A stretch of 61,468 bases of DNA from Candidatus Kapaibacterium sp. (GTDB lineage Bacteria; Bacteroidota; Ignavibacteria; Kapaibacteriales; Kapaibacteriaceae). The notes beneath the pieces were generated by a model. That model was not told the DNA's origin. It saw only the letters and a list, made by a program, of their open reading frames with translations, and searched no databases. This document shows, piece after piece, positions 17,258 to 26,958 of this stretch. Numbering within the stretch: position 1 is the stretch's first letter; the number at the start of each line of letters is the position of its first letter. The DNA is taken from assembly GCA_026390655.1 (NCBI GenBank), contig JAPLFN010000123.1:1-61468 (forward strand), given 5' to 3'. The translations under genes were made by a program, and so were the position numbers.

Positions 17258-17977
17258 TCATTTCTCGGCTGGCACCACTTCGATGGCTACGCGAGATGTC
17301 CCCGCGCGGATCATCTCGAGCTGTTGCGCAGCCCCTTTCGAAACGTCAATGAGACGTGTATGCTTCCATGGTCCGCGGTCCGTTACACGAACGATCACGA
17401 CCTTGCCATTAGCAAGGTTTGTAACGCGCAGACGTGTGTTATAGGGTAACCAGCGATGAGCGCAGGTTAGGTCGTTCATATCGTAGCGCTCGCCGTTTGA
17501 TGTTTTTTTTCCATGAAACGCTTCTGCATAGTAGGAGGCAATTCCCGTATCGGCGTCCACCATCATCACGTGCATAGTTAACGTGTCGCTAAGCGTTTGA
17601 CCTTGCTTCACCGCCCCTTTTTTTGCTTGACGTGTCGAAGCCGAGCTGAGAGCGGAGTCCACCCGTGCGCTGTCGAGCAGCGTGTTGTCTTGGCCCGTAG
17701 TATCGATGCGAATTGAATCGACCAGCGCACGTTCAATCGCCGCAGCCCTTGTTGTTTTCGTGTGTGCAGTTTTACGAAGACTGTCGCTCCGCATACGGAC
17801 AAACATTGCTTCGATGCGAATGCTATCACTGCGTCTCCACTGCACATCCCAGATTTTCTTTAGACTATCGGATCGGCGCAAATCAGACTGTGCTTCCGAC
17901 CGAAGTCGCGCGACATCATCCTGCGATCGCGTGACGCCGGCGGCAAACAGGGCAACAAAGATCACAAGCCAGGTCAC
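17258..17977 (-). CDS. rlpA: RlpA-like septal ring lytic transglycosylase (DPBB domain)
   Basis: 239-aa ORF with a GTG start and signal peptide. C-terminal GIASYYAEAFHGKKTSNGERYDMNDLTCAHRWLPYNTRLRVTNLANGKVVIVRVTDRGP. The N-terminal region has RSDS(L/I)R-type repeats. Confidence 0.85.
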   Translation of the reverse strand: MTWLVIFVALFAAGVTRSQDDVARLRSEAQSDLRRSDSLKKIWDVQWRRSDSIRIEAMFVRMRSDSLRKTAHTKTTRAAAIERALVDSIRIDTTGQDNTLLDSARVDSALSSASTRQAKKGAVKQGQTLSDTLTMHVMMVDADTGIASYYAEAFHGKKTSNGERYDMNDLTCAHRWLPYNTRLRVTNLANGKVVIVRVTDRGPWKHTRLIDVSKGAAQQLEMIRAGTSRVAIEVVPAEK

Positions 17978-17984
17978 GACGCTA

Positions 17985-19076
17985 TCACAAGTGTTGAGCT
18001 ATGTGGCGGCGGCGGAGAACATCCACGAGGTCGCGGACACGCTCTGTGGCGCCCCTTCTACAGATCATGATTGAGGACTCCGTTTCTACCACAATGAGAT
18101 TGTCAACATCTACGATGCCAATCAGTCGGCCCGTGGTGCCACTAACAAGGCAATTGGATGTTTGAAGCGTAACGACATTCCCTTCGATCACATTGTTTTT
18201 TCCGTCCTTCATGGACATGCGATAGAGTTCGTCCCACGTGCCCACGTCACTCCATCCGAACGACCCTTCAACAACTCCAATCGTTGAGTCTTTTTCCAGA
18301 ACTCCAACGTCGAACGAAACAGACCGCATTTGACGGTAGAAGTTCTCGATCATGTCACCTTCATCGGGGGTGCCGATGTATCGTTCAAGGAGGTGAAATA
18401 GCGGACCATGATCAGGCAGGTGCATGTCAACAGCTCGTATGATCGAGGCCAGAGTTCCAACAACGATCCCACTGTTCCAAACAAAATCACCCGCATCTAA
18501 GAATCTCTGCGCTGTTGCAGCGTCGGGCTTCTCGGCGAAGACGTTGACGGATTTTAAAACACTGTTCAACACAGGATTTTCCGTTGGAATCTCGTCTCCC
18601 ACCTGAATGTAGCCGAACCCGGTCTCCGGCCGCGTCGGCATCACCCCGATGGTCACGATCCGCCCCGTTGCCTCCGCCGCCGAGACGGCACGGTCGAGCA
18701 TTCCCTGAAACTCACGAACATTGGAGATAAGGTGATCAGATGGCAGCACAACCATTACTGCTCCATCGGGATACTTCCGTTGCATGAGCGTTGCCGAGTA
18801 GGCTATGCAGGGGGCCGTATTGCGTCCAAAAGGCTCTCTCAGGACGTTTCCAGCCGGTATCATCGGAAGCTGGTCAGACACCAGATGTGCCAGATCAGCC
18901 GTGGTGACGACATGGATATCCTGAAGATCTATGAACGGGAGAAGCCGCATCACCGTATTTTGGATGAGCGTCCCCTCTCCCAGAGTGTGGACGAACTGTT
19001 TCGGTTGGCGCTCCGTACTACGGGGCCAAAGTCGGACGCCTAAGCCCCCTGCCATGACAACTGCAATAACCTTCAT
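17985..19076 (-). CDS. manC: mannose-1-phosphate guanylyltransferase
   Basis: 363-aa ORF with an N-terminal nucleotidyltransferase motif VVMAGGLGVRLWPRS. No C-terminal isomerase domain. Confidence 0.88.
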   Translation of the reverse strand: MKVIAVVMAGGLGVRLWPRSTERQPKQFVHTLGEGTLIQNTVMRLLPFIDLQDIHVVTTADLAHLVSDQLPMIPAGNVLREPFGRNTAPCIAYSATLMQRKYPDGAVMVVLPSDHLISNVREFQGMLDRAVSAAEATGRIVTIGVMPTRPETGFGYIQVGDEIPTENPVLNSVLKSVNVFAEKPDAATAQRFLDAGDFVWNSGIVVGTLASIIRAVDMHLPDHGPLFHLLERYIGTPDEGDMIENFYRQMRSVSFDVGVLEKDSTIGVVEGSFGWSDVGTWDELYRMSMKDGKNNVIEGNVVTLQTSNCLVSGTTGRLIGIVDVDNLIVVETESSIMICRRGATERVRDLVDVLRRRHIAQHL

Positions 19077-19132
19077 GCGGCGAATCTACGGACCCTCGTA
19101 TCTTCGCGGTCACAATAACTTCGGAGAAAATC

Positions 19133-19909
19133 ATGACCCGTTCGCTTATAGCCATTTTTGTGGCCCTTTTGACCTTATCGCCGGTATGGGCTCAAGATGA
19201 AAAGCTGGACGATCTTTCATTTGAAGAGGCTCCGCTCAAGGACGAGGCAATTCCTTATTTCGCAATAGGCGTGGGTCCCGTTTTCAATTTTGTCTTTGCA
19301 AGCACAACCGATGTGAATGCCCAGGCAAAGTCACTTGGACTTGGAGAGATCAAAGCCCCCGTCTTTCAATTGGGCGCCGAGATCTTCACTGCAGTGGGAG
19401 TTATTCCTAATCTTCGTTTAGGATTCTCATGGGTCTCCGGTTCAGCTACAACATCTGCGAATGTTGTCGTTGGTGGAACAACGGTGAATCGCACTCTCTT
19501 GTATGGTATTGCCTCGCGGACATTCCACCTGGATTATGCATGGGTTCCTGTGAAATCCCTCGCAATACTCCCGGGTCTTGGCTTTGGTTGGGGTGACCAA
19601 CGAGTTGAGATGTATCAGTCGACCAATGAAATGGATTGGACGAAGTTGACAGATACTTCAAGCTTTGCTCCTGCACCAAACGCTTATACAGCCCTGAAAC
19701 AGAACACACTTTATCTCCTACCTCGAGTGAACATCGAATATTCAGTAACCCCATTCCTGAATCTTCGCTTGCAGGCTGCATACACGTGGCAGTTCACTGG
19801 TTCTGATTGGGTTGGTAATCAATATGCGACAGTGAAAAATGTACCTGACAATATCAGCGTGAGCGGACTCAATCTGCAGTTTGGTGTGTTTGTTGGGTTG
19901 TTTAATTAA
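19133..19909 (+). CDS. outer-membrane beta-barrel protein (hypothetical)
   Basis: 258-aa ORF with signal peptide MTRSLIAIFVALLTLSPVWAQ. Alternating hydrophobic beta-strand pattern to the C-terminus. Confidence 0.7.
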   Translation: MTRSLIAIFVALLTLSPVWAQDEKLDDLSFEEAPLKDEAIPYFAIGVGPVFNFVFASTTDVNAQAKSLGLGEIKAPVFQLGAEIFTAVGVIPNLRLGFSWVSGSATTSANVVVGGTTVNRTLLYGIASRTFHLDYAWVPVKSLAILPGLGFGWGDQRVEMYQSTNEMDWTKLTDTSSFAPAPNAYTALKQNTLYLLPRVNIEYSVTPFLNLRLQAAYTWQFTGSDWVGNQYATVKNVPDNISVSGLNLQFGVFVGLFN

Positions 19910-19936
19910 CCAGGCCCTAACGCCTAGTTCAGTAAG

Positions 19937-20009
<73 letters not shown>

Positions 20010-20012
20010 CAA

Positions 20013-21185
20013 ATGTCTTCAAATACACACATTAAATGTCCGAGCTGCGGACATGATATAGACATCGAAGAACTCCTTGCGCACGATATCGAAGATCGTG
20101 TACAACGGGAGCAACAAGAGCGCTTTAATGCTGAGCGAGTGAGAATACAAGCCGACGCAGAAGCCAAGGCCCGTCGTGAGTCTGAAGCATTGATCGTTGC
20201 ACTGCAACATGAGAACGAAGAACGGAAGAACGACTCAAAGACCCTTAAGAGTAAAGAGGTTGAACTTCTCGATCTACAGCGAAAGATGCGCGAGCAACAA
20301 GAAGGTCTTGACCTCGCAATTCAGAAGCGCTTACTTGAAGAGCAGACCGCAATGGAAACGACGATCAGGCGCACCGAACTTGAGCGGTTTGATGTTGAGC
20401 GTAGGCGTGAACAAGAGCGGTTTGATCTCGAGAAGCGAGAGCTGCAAAAGAAACTGGATGACACGCAGAAGGCTGCTGATGAGTTTCGTCGGAAGTCGGA
20501 ACAGACCTCACAACAGTTGCAGGGTGAAGTTCAAGAAATGGCTATCGAAGAGTTTCTCCGGCAACACTTCCCGCATGATGAAATCGCCGAAGTCGTGAAA
20601 GGTCAGCGAGGCGCTGACTGTGTTCAGACAGTCTTTGATTCAGGACGGAAGTGCGGACAGATCACGTATGAAAGTAAACGCACGAAGTCCTTCAGCATTG
20701 AATGGATAGAAAAACTGAAGACCGATATGCGGGCAAGGGGCTCCGACGTCGGCGTGATCGTTACGGAAACGATGCCCAAGGATATGCACAGTTTTGGTGC
20801 AATCAATGGAGTCTGGGTGTGCACGTTCGCCGAGTTTAAGTCTCTCTGCGTTGTTCTTCGCGACATGGTCGTTCGCGTCTCTACAGCCGTTGTGTCGCAG
20901 GAGAACAAGGGTGATAAAATGACCATGTTGTACGACTACCTCATGAGCTCCGAGTTTCGCATGTCCGTTGAAAACGTCATGGACGCCTATGAGCATATGA
21001 AGTCGGATCTCGACCGCGAGCGTAATGCAATGGAAAAGCTCTGGAAACAACGCGAGCGTCAGATAGAGCGTATGCGCCTTTCCATGTCACACGTTATGGG
21101 CTCAATTCAGGGAATTGCTGGTAAGGACCTCGGCCCTGTTCGGTCATTCGAGCTTCCGTCCGTGGACGATACACCAGTGGCCTAG
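20013..21185 (+). CDS. DUF2130 / RmuC-like protein: Zn-ribbon + coiled coil + putative PD-(D/E)xK nuclease domain
   Basis: ORF 19983.. trimmed to the first ATG after the tRNA (20013). N-terminal CPSCGH. About 170 aa of E/R/K/Q-rich coiled coil. C-terminal GADCV-(x17)-ESK motif. Confidence 0.75.
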   Translation: MSSNTHIKCPSCGHDIDIEELLAHDIEDRVQREQQERFNAERVRIQADAEAKARRESEALIVALQHENEERKNDSKTLKSKEVELLDLQRKMREQQEGLDLAIQKRLLEEQTAMETTIRRTELERFDVERRREQERFDLEKRELQKKLDDTQKAADEFRRKSEQTSQQLQGEVQEMAIEEFLRQHFPHDEIAEVVKGQRGADCVQTVFDSGRKCGQITYESKRTKSFSIEWIEKLKTDMRARGSDVGVIVTETMPKDMHSFGAINGVWVCTFAEFKSLCVVLRDMVVRVSTAVVSQENKGDKMTMLYDYLMSSEFRMSVENVMDAYEHMKSDLDRERNAMEKLWKQRERQIERMRLSMSHVMGSIQGIAGKDLGPVRSFELPSVDDTPVA

Positions 21186-21188
21186 CCC

Positions 21189-21998
21189 ATGCGTCTGTGT
21201 GATCGTATGATCCGCCCCCTACTACTATCAGCTGCCTTGGTCATTGCTTCTACGGTCAACGTTGATGCAGACGATCCGGCCATGATGCGGTTTGTTTCCA
21301 ATGAAGCATATGGCTTGGGTGAGCGCCTCGAATATGATGTGAAGTACAAATTTCTAACAGCCGGTACTGCTGTGTTCTCTGTTGGGAAGGATCCGGTCAA
21401 CGTCAATGGTCGGCCATGCTTCGATATTCGCTTCGACATGATATCACTGAAAAGTTTGGATTTCCTCTATAAGGTCCGCGACCGATACCGGACACTCGTG
21501 GACATCGATGGAATTTTTCCCTGGAAGTTCGAACAAACCATCCGTGAAGGTGGCTACAGTAAGGACTATTCAGCCACGTTTGATCAAGGGGCTCATAAGG
21601 CTGTTACCACGGAGGGCACGTATGACGTACCGCCGTTTGTACACGATGTTATCTCTGCGTTCTACTACGTTCGTTCGATAGATATCCGGAAGTTCAAGAA
21701 GGGGGAGATGATCAACCTTCAGAATTTCTTTGACCGCGAGTCACATGACCTGGTCGTTAGAATAGTAGGCCGTCAGCAGGTTGAAGTCGACGCAGGTACG
21801 TTTAACTGCATCGTTGTAGAGCCCGTTATAAAATCTGGTAGCCTCTTTAAGTTCGAGGGTAAGTTGCTCTTGTGGCTAAGCGATGACGACCGCAGAATCC
21901 CAATCAAAGTGAGTACAAAGATCCCTATCGGAACAGTTGACGCGGAGTTGACTGGCTACAGAGGCTTACGTGGCCCTCTCTCTTCAAAGGTGAAGTAA
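21189..21998 (+). CDS. DUF3108 domain protein
   Basis: 269-aa ORF with a signal peptide. GERLEYDVKYKFLTAGTAVFSV is typical of DUF3108 as I recall it. Confidence 0.65.
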   Translation: MRLCDRMIRPLLLSAALVIASTVNVDADDPAMMRFVSNEAYGLGERLEYDVKYKFLTAGTAVFSVGKDPVNVNGRPCFDIRFDMISLKSLDFLYKVRDRYRTLVDIDGIFPWKFEQTIREGGYSKDYSATFDQGAHKAVTTEGTYDVPPFVHDVISAFYYVRSIDIRKFKKGEMINLQNFFDRESHDLVVRIVGRQQVEVDAGTFNCIVVEPVIKSGSLFKFEGKLLLWLSDDDRRIPIKVSTKIPIGTVDAELTGYRGLRGPLSSKVK

Positions 21999-22592
21999 AT
22001 GGTAACGCGCATTCTGGTCGGCGTTTCAGCCCTACTCGCGATCCAGCCCTACGCCCTTGGACAAGGTGACCTTCTCGATCGATTTCAGTCCCGGTATCGG
22101 TCTGCACAGACAATTCGATGCTCCTTCGCAACGTCTGCGGGACTCGCGGGAAGGATCGTAGCTAAACGAGGCGGTTCTTATATGGTCACACTTCCTGATC
22201 GAACGCTCGTGAGTGACGGCAGAACCGTCTGGAGCGCATCTCCCTCAGCCAAGACGGTGATCATCAACTCCTACAAATCGCAGTCGAATGATCTTTCGTT
22301 GGAGAAAGTATTCTTTGACATTATGAACATCTACCAAGGGCAGGTGATCCAGCGCAATGGGGCCGGCGGAATCATCAGATTGACCCCTCCCGACGCTCGT
22401 GCGGTGATCGCTGGCGTTACCCGTGCAGATATCACACTTAACGCCTCTACGCTCGTCACGGGGCTCCTACTGACCGAAAATGGCAGTACGGCTAGCTACA
22501 CCATCACGTCACTAACCATAAACCCGAAGATCAAGGCATCGACCTTCACATATTCACCTCCGAAGGGATGGGAAGTGATCGATCTTCGATAG
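21999..22592 (+). CDS. LolA-like outer-membrane lipoprotein carrier protein
   Basis: 197-aa ORF that starts immediately after the DUF3108 stop. Signal peptide and LLDRFQSRYRSAQTIRCSF, a LolA-like N-terminus. Confidence 0.65.
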   Translation: MVTRILVGVSALLAIQPYALGQGDLLDRFQSRYRSAQTIRCSFATSAGLAGRIVAKRGGSYMVTLPDRTLVSDGRTVWSASPSAKTVIINSYKSQSNDLSLEKVFFDIMNIYQGQVIQRNGAGGIIRLTPPDARAVIAGVTRADITLNASTLVTGLLLTENGSTASYTITSLTINPKIKASTFTYSPPKGWEVIDLR

Positions 22593-22604
22593 TGTACAAC
22601 AACG

Positions 22605-22641
22605 AAAAAGAGGCAGGACGTACGTCCTGCCTCTTTTTTTT
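22605..22641. terminator. bidirectional intrinsic terminator
   Basis: AAAAA-AGAGGCAGGACG/TACGTCCTGCCTCT-TTTTTTTT: a perfect GC-rich hairpin flanked by an A-run and a T-run, between convergent genes. Confidence 0.9.
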
Positions 22642-22662
22642 GAAGCCTTTGTGAGGGGGCGA

Positions 22663-23823
22663 TTACTTCACGACAACAACTTGCTGCGATGCAACAAAGC
22701 CGGCTGACGAGAGAGTAACGTTATAGACACCAGTTGTGATATTCAGATCCGAAGCGCTGAATGAGACGCGGTGTGTACCGGCATCAACACTCTCGTTAAC
22801 GAGGACTGAGATCTCACGGCCCATAAGGTCTGTTACGACGATACGGACGTTCTGTGTGGCAGGGACGATGTATGAGAACGATGCTGCATCAAACGTTGGG
22901 TTCGGTGTTGCAACAGAGAAGACAAAGCCTCCTGCGACCACATCACCAGTAACGCCGTTTGTGATCGAAGCAACAGCGTTGGCTGACGTGTCAGCTCCGC
23001 AATTGTTCGCCACGATGCAGTAATACGTTCCGGCATCGCTCATCTTAGCGCGCTCCACTGTGTACGTAGCACCAGTTGCACCGGTGATCGCAACGTTGTT
23101 GAGGAACCATTGGTAGGTAACAACATTTGAACCTGTTGCAGCAACTGAGAAGCTGATAGGCTGATTGTCGTTCACTGCCACGTTGGCTGGCTCGGTTGTG
23201 ATCTTAACACCAGTGTTCACAACAACGTCAACCGTAACCGATGTAGCCGAGCCACATGAGTTTGAAGCCACTACTGAGTACGAGCCTGCATCAAGACTTG
23301 TGACGTTTGCCTTAGAGAATGATGCCGTTGTAGCGCCAGGAATAGGTGATGTACCCTTCATCCATTGGTATGTAACGTTGTCTCCAGCTGAAGCAGTCGC
23401 GATTGTAAGGACAGAGCCTTCACAAACCGTTGCACCTTCAGGCTGCGTTGTGATCGTTGGGTTGATGCCAACTTTAACGTTCACGGTATTCGACATAAAG
23501 GTGAAGCTTGTTCCGCTGTATGATACTACACAGTAGTAGGCGCCATCATCTGTTGATGATGCGTTGCTTACCATGATAACCTTGGAATTAGCACCAACTG
23601 TGTTTGCACTGTTAGAGATCATCGAACCGTTCTTGAACCACTGGAACGAAGCCGTGGAGCCCGGAAGCGACGATGGGAATGCTGCACATTCAAGACTCAT
23701 AAGTCCGCCGCGGCAAACTGCAGGAGTGCTGTTTGAAGCAACAACCAGCGGGATGAAGAGACGAGCTGTCTTTGAGGTTACAACACCACAATATCCAGTA
23801 ACCATACATACGTATGTGTCCAT
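22663..23823 (-). CDS. Ig-like repeat protein with T9SS C-terminal sorting domain (probable C-terminal fragment of a frameshifted adhesin gene)
   Basis: 386-aa ORF with no signal peptide that begins inside an Ig-like repeat (DTYVCMVTGYCGVVTS). Repeats are marked by FQWFKNGS, YQWMKGTS and YQWFLNNV. T9SS-type C-terminal domain (...TGVYNVTLSSAGFVASQQVVVVK). Confidence 0.75.
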   Translation of the reverse strand: MDTYVCMVTGYCGVVTSKTARLFIPLVVASNSTPAVCRGGLMSLECAAFPSSLPGSTASFQWFKNGSMISNSANTVGANSKVIMVSNASSTDDGAYYCVVSYSGTSFTFMSNTVNVKVGINPTITTQPEGATVCEGSVLTIATASAGDNVTYQWMKGTSPIPGATTASFSKANVTSLDAGSYSVVASNSCGSATSVTVDVVVNTGVKITTEPANVAVNDNQPISFSVAATGSNVVTYQWFLNNVAITGATGATYTVERAKMSDAGTYYCIVANNCGADTSANAVASITNGVTGDVVAGGFVFSVATPNPTFDAASFSYIVPATQNVRIVVTDLMGREISVLVNESVDAGTHRVSFSASDLNITTGVYNVTLSSAGFVASQQVVVVK

Positions 23824-26720
23824 TGTGTCGAATCAACGACCATCGTGTCATTGTATGATGAAGAGTTCGGATTCCAGAAGCGCTTCATCCACTGATAGGA
23901 TGGGACGAAGTTGTCCGGAGCGCCGATCGCTTCTGCAGAAACCTCAAGATTGGCAGAACCGCCAATTGCAACAGGCTGCGAAACAGGTTGAACGGTTACA
24001 CTCGTTGGGCGAACCACGATAACCGAAGCGCCGTCCGAAAGCTGCTGGACAAAGTTCGTTCCATCATTTGCCTTAACAAGGCAGGTATATACGCCTGAAG
24101 CAGCATAACCTGTGTTTGTAAGTACAAAGATGTTGCCTCTCTGGCCAGTTAGTTCTACGCCATCCTTGAACCACTGATACGTAGTTGTTGCACCGATAGT
24201 AACATCTGCGATGCAGATAAGGGTGTCTGTTCCACCGATACAAACGTAATTGCTTGCAGGGTGACGCACTACACGGATGACAGGCTTGATCTCGTCGGCG
24301 CCCATGTATGGCTTCGTACGTGTGTCACCGTCGAAGTCTGTAGGCACAGTTGCGAAGGTTGTGCTTGTGCCCCAAAGTTGCGGTTGGATCGATAGAAGGT
24401 GAAGGTCAGTACCACCCACGAAGTTAACGGCAATCGATGTCGAGTTTTGATCACGACCCGATGTTGCACGCCAGTTTGTAAGCGGGTTACCAGTGGTGTT
24501 GCGAATGACGTTTACTCCACCCCAGTTGACAAGGTTCGTACCAGTCGTCATCAGGTTGTTAAAGTCGCCTGTACGAATGGGGTTCGGGGAGGAGGTTGGG
24601 AACCACATGGCCAACTGACCATTGCTGCCAGTTCCGAAGTTGTGGAACACGTTGTTGATCACGTCAACCTGACCACCAACAACTGCTTGTGGGCAATAGA
24701 AAGCCGCGTTCGTTGTTCCTGTGCCCGTCATGTTGACAGAGTTATGTATAACGCGATTTGGAGGAGTTGTTGCCTCCACCAAAAGACCGATCGTTTGCGT
24801 TGTTCCAGAAACCGAAACCATGTTGTTTGCGACCAAGAGATTGCTCGTTGATTGCATAACGACACCATTGTTAAGGCCAGTTGTCTGGATAGCATTTACG
24901 CGATTACCGCGGAATGTACCGCCCGAAACATTCTGCAATGTGATAGCCTGCGATGAAACGCCACAATCACAGCCTGTAACTTGGTTGTTATCGATCTGTG
25001 GCGACTGAACGGTGACACCTGCAATGCCGACCTGGAATCCGTTCGTTGAGTTTTCGACTGTATTGCCCGTAACGACAACACCTGAACCACTTGTTGCAAC
25101 CAAGAAACCATTACGGAAACGACGGAACGTAGCTCCAGTAACAGCAATGTTTGAACCACTGGATTGTGAGTAGAGTTGAACTCCGCTTGTAATGCCAAGA
25201 GTAGTGGTGAAGTTGTTTGGACCTTCATATGTTCCACCTTCGATACGGAGGTTGCTGCCTGTATTCGCTGAGAATACTACGCTATTTGATGTAGAACCAT
25301 CATTAGCACGAACAACCATGTTGCGCAGAGTAACGTTTGAAGAGCCATCGGCGAAACCGACAACTGTGTGAACGTCTGCTGTTCCGTAGACATTGATCGT
25401 TGGCCATACGGATTGACGAACTGAAACGTCATCGCCTGCACGACGGGAGATCTGAACACGGCCTGCAGATGCATCGATCGCAGGCACCCAGACTTCTTCG
25501 TTATATGTTCCGGCAAACACCGTTACATCAACATTGCCCGAGATACCGGCCACTGCGAGGTGACGGAACATCGAACGGAAATCTGGGAATACGCTAGGAT
25601 TGCCATTTTGCGCGATCGCTAATGCACCAGCAACACGAGGTGCTACCATTACCGTTAGCTGATCATTGTTTGGATTCGCATCAGCCACACCATTAGGTGA
25701 AAGTGTTCCAATGACAATTGTGTTTAGGGACAAATCGCCGAATGATCGAGTTCCAAGTGTGATCGTTGCTTCAGCTAAAGGAGCGAGTGCCGGCTGCGGA
25801 TAATATCGAATAGGCGTCTGTGTTTGACCATTGATCGTCCAATTGATCACTACAGAGTCGAGGTTATTCGTGCCCCAGTTACGTACGCGAACCTGAATTG
25901 TTTGACTCGAATTTGCAGCAAAATTGGCTGCCGGAGAGATCAATGCAAGGACACCGGCATCATTGTTTTGCACAGGAGCCTGACGAAGCACATACGTGTA
26001 ACGCGTTCCAGACGCCGGAACAAAGCCTTCTGCCATGAGAGACAGCTGCGCGGTGGAATTCCACGTTGGCGTTGTCCACGTATTTGCATAAAAGTTCACG
26101 TTTGGCGACCAAACAACATTATTAGCACCCAGTCCGGTTTGCACCAAGATTGGGCTGTTCACGGTCATTGGACCATAAACAACTTCAATGCGGCTGCCAT
26201 TAATCGTTGTGTTGTTTTCCCAGATTCTGATCTGGAAGTTATAGAGGTCCCGACCGATATTGTCTGTATAGCGACGCGTTGCGTTGCGCCACTGAATCGT
26301 AGTGATACGATTCGGTGCAACACCCGTAGTAGCATAGGTAACATCGCCCCCGGAAACACCCGAAAGCTGGTTTCCAAATGCCGAGACAACACCGGTTGCT
26401 GCCCCTGATGCCGTAAGTGGACTTACAGAGCTAGCTGCAAGGCCCGCGCCGAAGGTCACCCAACCATTGCCACCTACATAGACGTTCGATTGAAGAACGC
26501 CACCGTAGCTGAATTGAAAAGGCAATGTGATCAGTTGATCAGCTGTCGAGAACCAGTTTGGGCTCGCTGCTGAAAAAACTACAATGCCACCCGTAATCTC
26601 TGTATACGTTCCTGCGACTACGCCAACCGAACGGTTAGCTGGATTCGCCTGCATCGAGGATACCCCGATCAGTACGAACGCCGCAAGCAACGCAACAAAT
26701 GATGTAACGTTGCGAAGCAT
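23778..26720 (-). CDS. secreted parallel beta-helix + Ig-like repeat protein (probable N-terminal fragment of the same adhesin gene)
   Basis: ORF 23778..26765 trimmed to ATG 26720 (MLRNVTSFVALLAAFVLIGVSSMQA, with GGAGG upstream). N-rich beta-helix-like repeats, then Ig-like repeats (YQWFKDGVELTG, SYQWMKRF). No C-terminal sorting domain. The last ~15 codons look out of frame. Confidence 0.75.
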   Translation of the reverse strand: MLRNVTSFVALLAAFVLIGVSSMQANPANRSVGVVAGTYTEITGGIVVFSAASPNWFSTADQLITLPFQFSYGGVLQSNVYVGGNGWVTFGAGLAASSVSPLTASGAATGVVSAFGNQLSGVSGGDVTYATTGVAPNRITTIQWRNATRRYTDNIGRDLYNFQIRIWENNTTINGSRIEVVYGPMTVNSPILVQTGLGANNVVWSPNVNFYANTWTTPTWNSTAQLSLMAEGFVPASGTRYTYVLRQAPVQNNDAGVLALISPAANFAANSSQTIQVRVRNWGTNNLDSVVINWTINGQTQTPIRYYPQPALAPLAEATITLGTRSFGDLSLNTIVIGTLSPNGVADANPNNDQLTVMVAPRVAGALAIAQNGNPSVFPDFRSMFRHLAVAGISGNVDVTVFAGTYNEEVWVPAIDASAGRVQISRRAGDDVSVRQSVWPTINVYGTADVHTVVGFADGSSNVTLRNMVVRANDGSTSNSVVFSANTGSNLRIEGGTYEGPNNFTTTLGITSGVQLYSQSSGSNIAVTGATFRRFRNGFLVATSGSGVVVTGNTVENSTNGFQVGIAGVTVQSPQIDNNQVTGCDCGVSSQAITLQNVSGGTFRGNRVNAIQTTGLNNGVVMQSTSNLLVANNMVSVSGTTQTIGLLVEATTPPNRVIHNSVNMTGTGTTNAAFYCPQAVVGGQVDVINNVFHNFGTGSNGQLAMWFPTSSPNPIRTGDFNNLMTTGTNLVNWGGVNVIRNTTGNPLTNWRATSGRDQNSTSIAVNFVGGTDLHLLSIQPQLWGTSTTFATVPTDFDGDTRTKPYMGADEIKPVIRVVRHPASNYVCIGGTDTLICIADVTIGATTTYQWFKDGVELTGQRGNIFVLTNTGYAASGVYTCLVKANDGTNFVQQLSDGASVIVVRPTSVTVQPVSQPVAIGGSANLEVSAEAIGAPDNFVPSYQWMKRFWNPNSSSYNDTMVVDSTQWTHTYVWLLDIVVL

Positions 26721-26884
26721 AGCTCCTCCACTTGTGATATGAGAATGTCGATTTGTTATGTTCATATTTTATTGTGCGGACGCAACTCGCCCGTGATATT
26801 GTGACCTGCAAAAATAGCCAACCCTGCTCTAACAAACAACCTTACGGCGACTGAAAGGCAAAGAAGACACGCAACAACCATGTA

Positions 26885-26906
26885 GGTGTGAAGAATTCTT
26901 CACACC
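26885..26906. repeat. 22-bp perfect palindrome GGTGTGAAGAATTCTTCACACC, with GTAG spanning its 5' edge
   Basis: Read directly. GTAG at 26882-26885 overlaps the first base of the palindrome. It sits 53 nt beyond the aminopeptidase stop and has no flanking T-run. Confidence 0.8.
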
Positions 26907-26958
26907 ATCACGTACAGATTCGTGCCCTAAGGGAGCTAGCAACTACCGCACCAAACTT

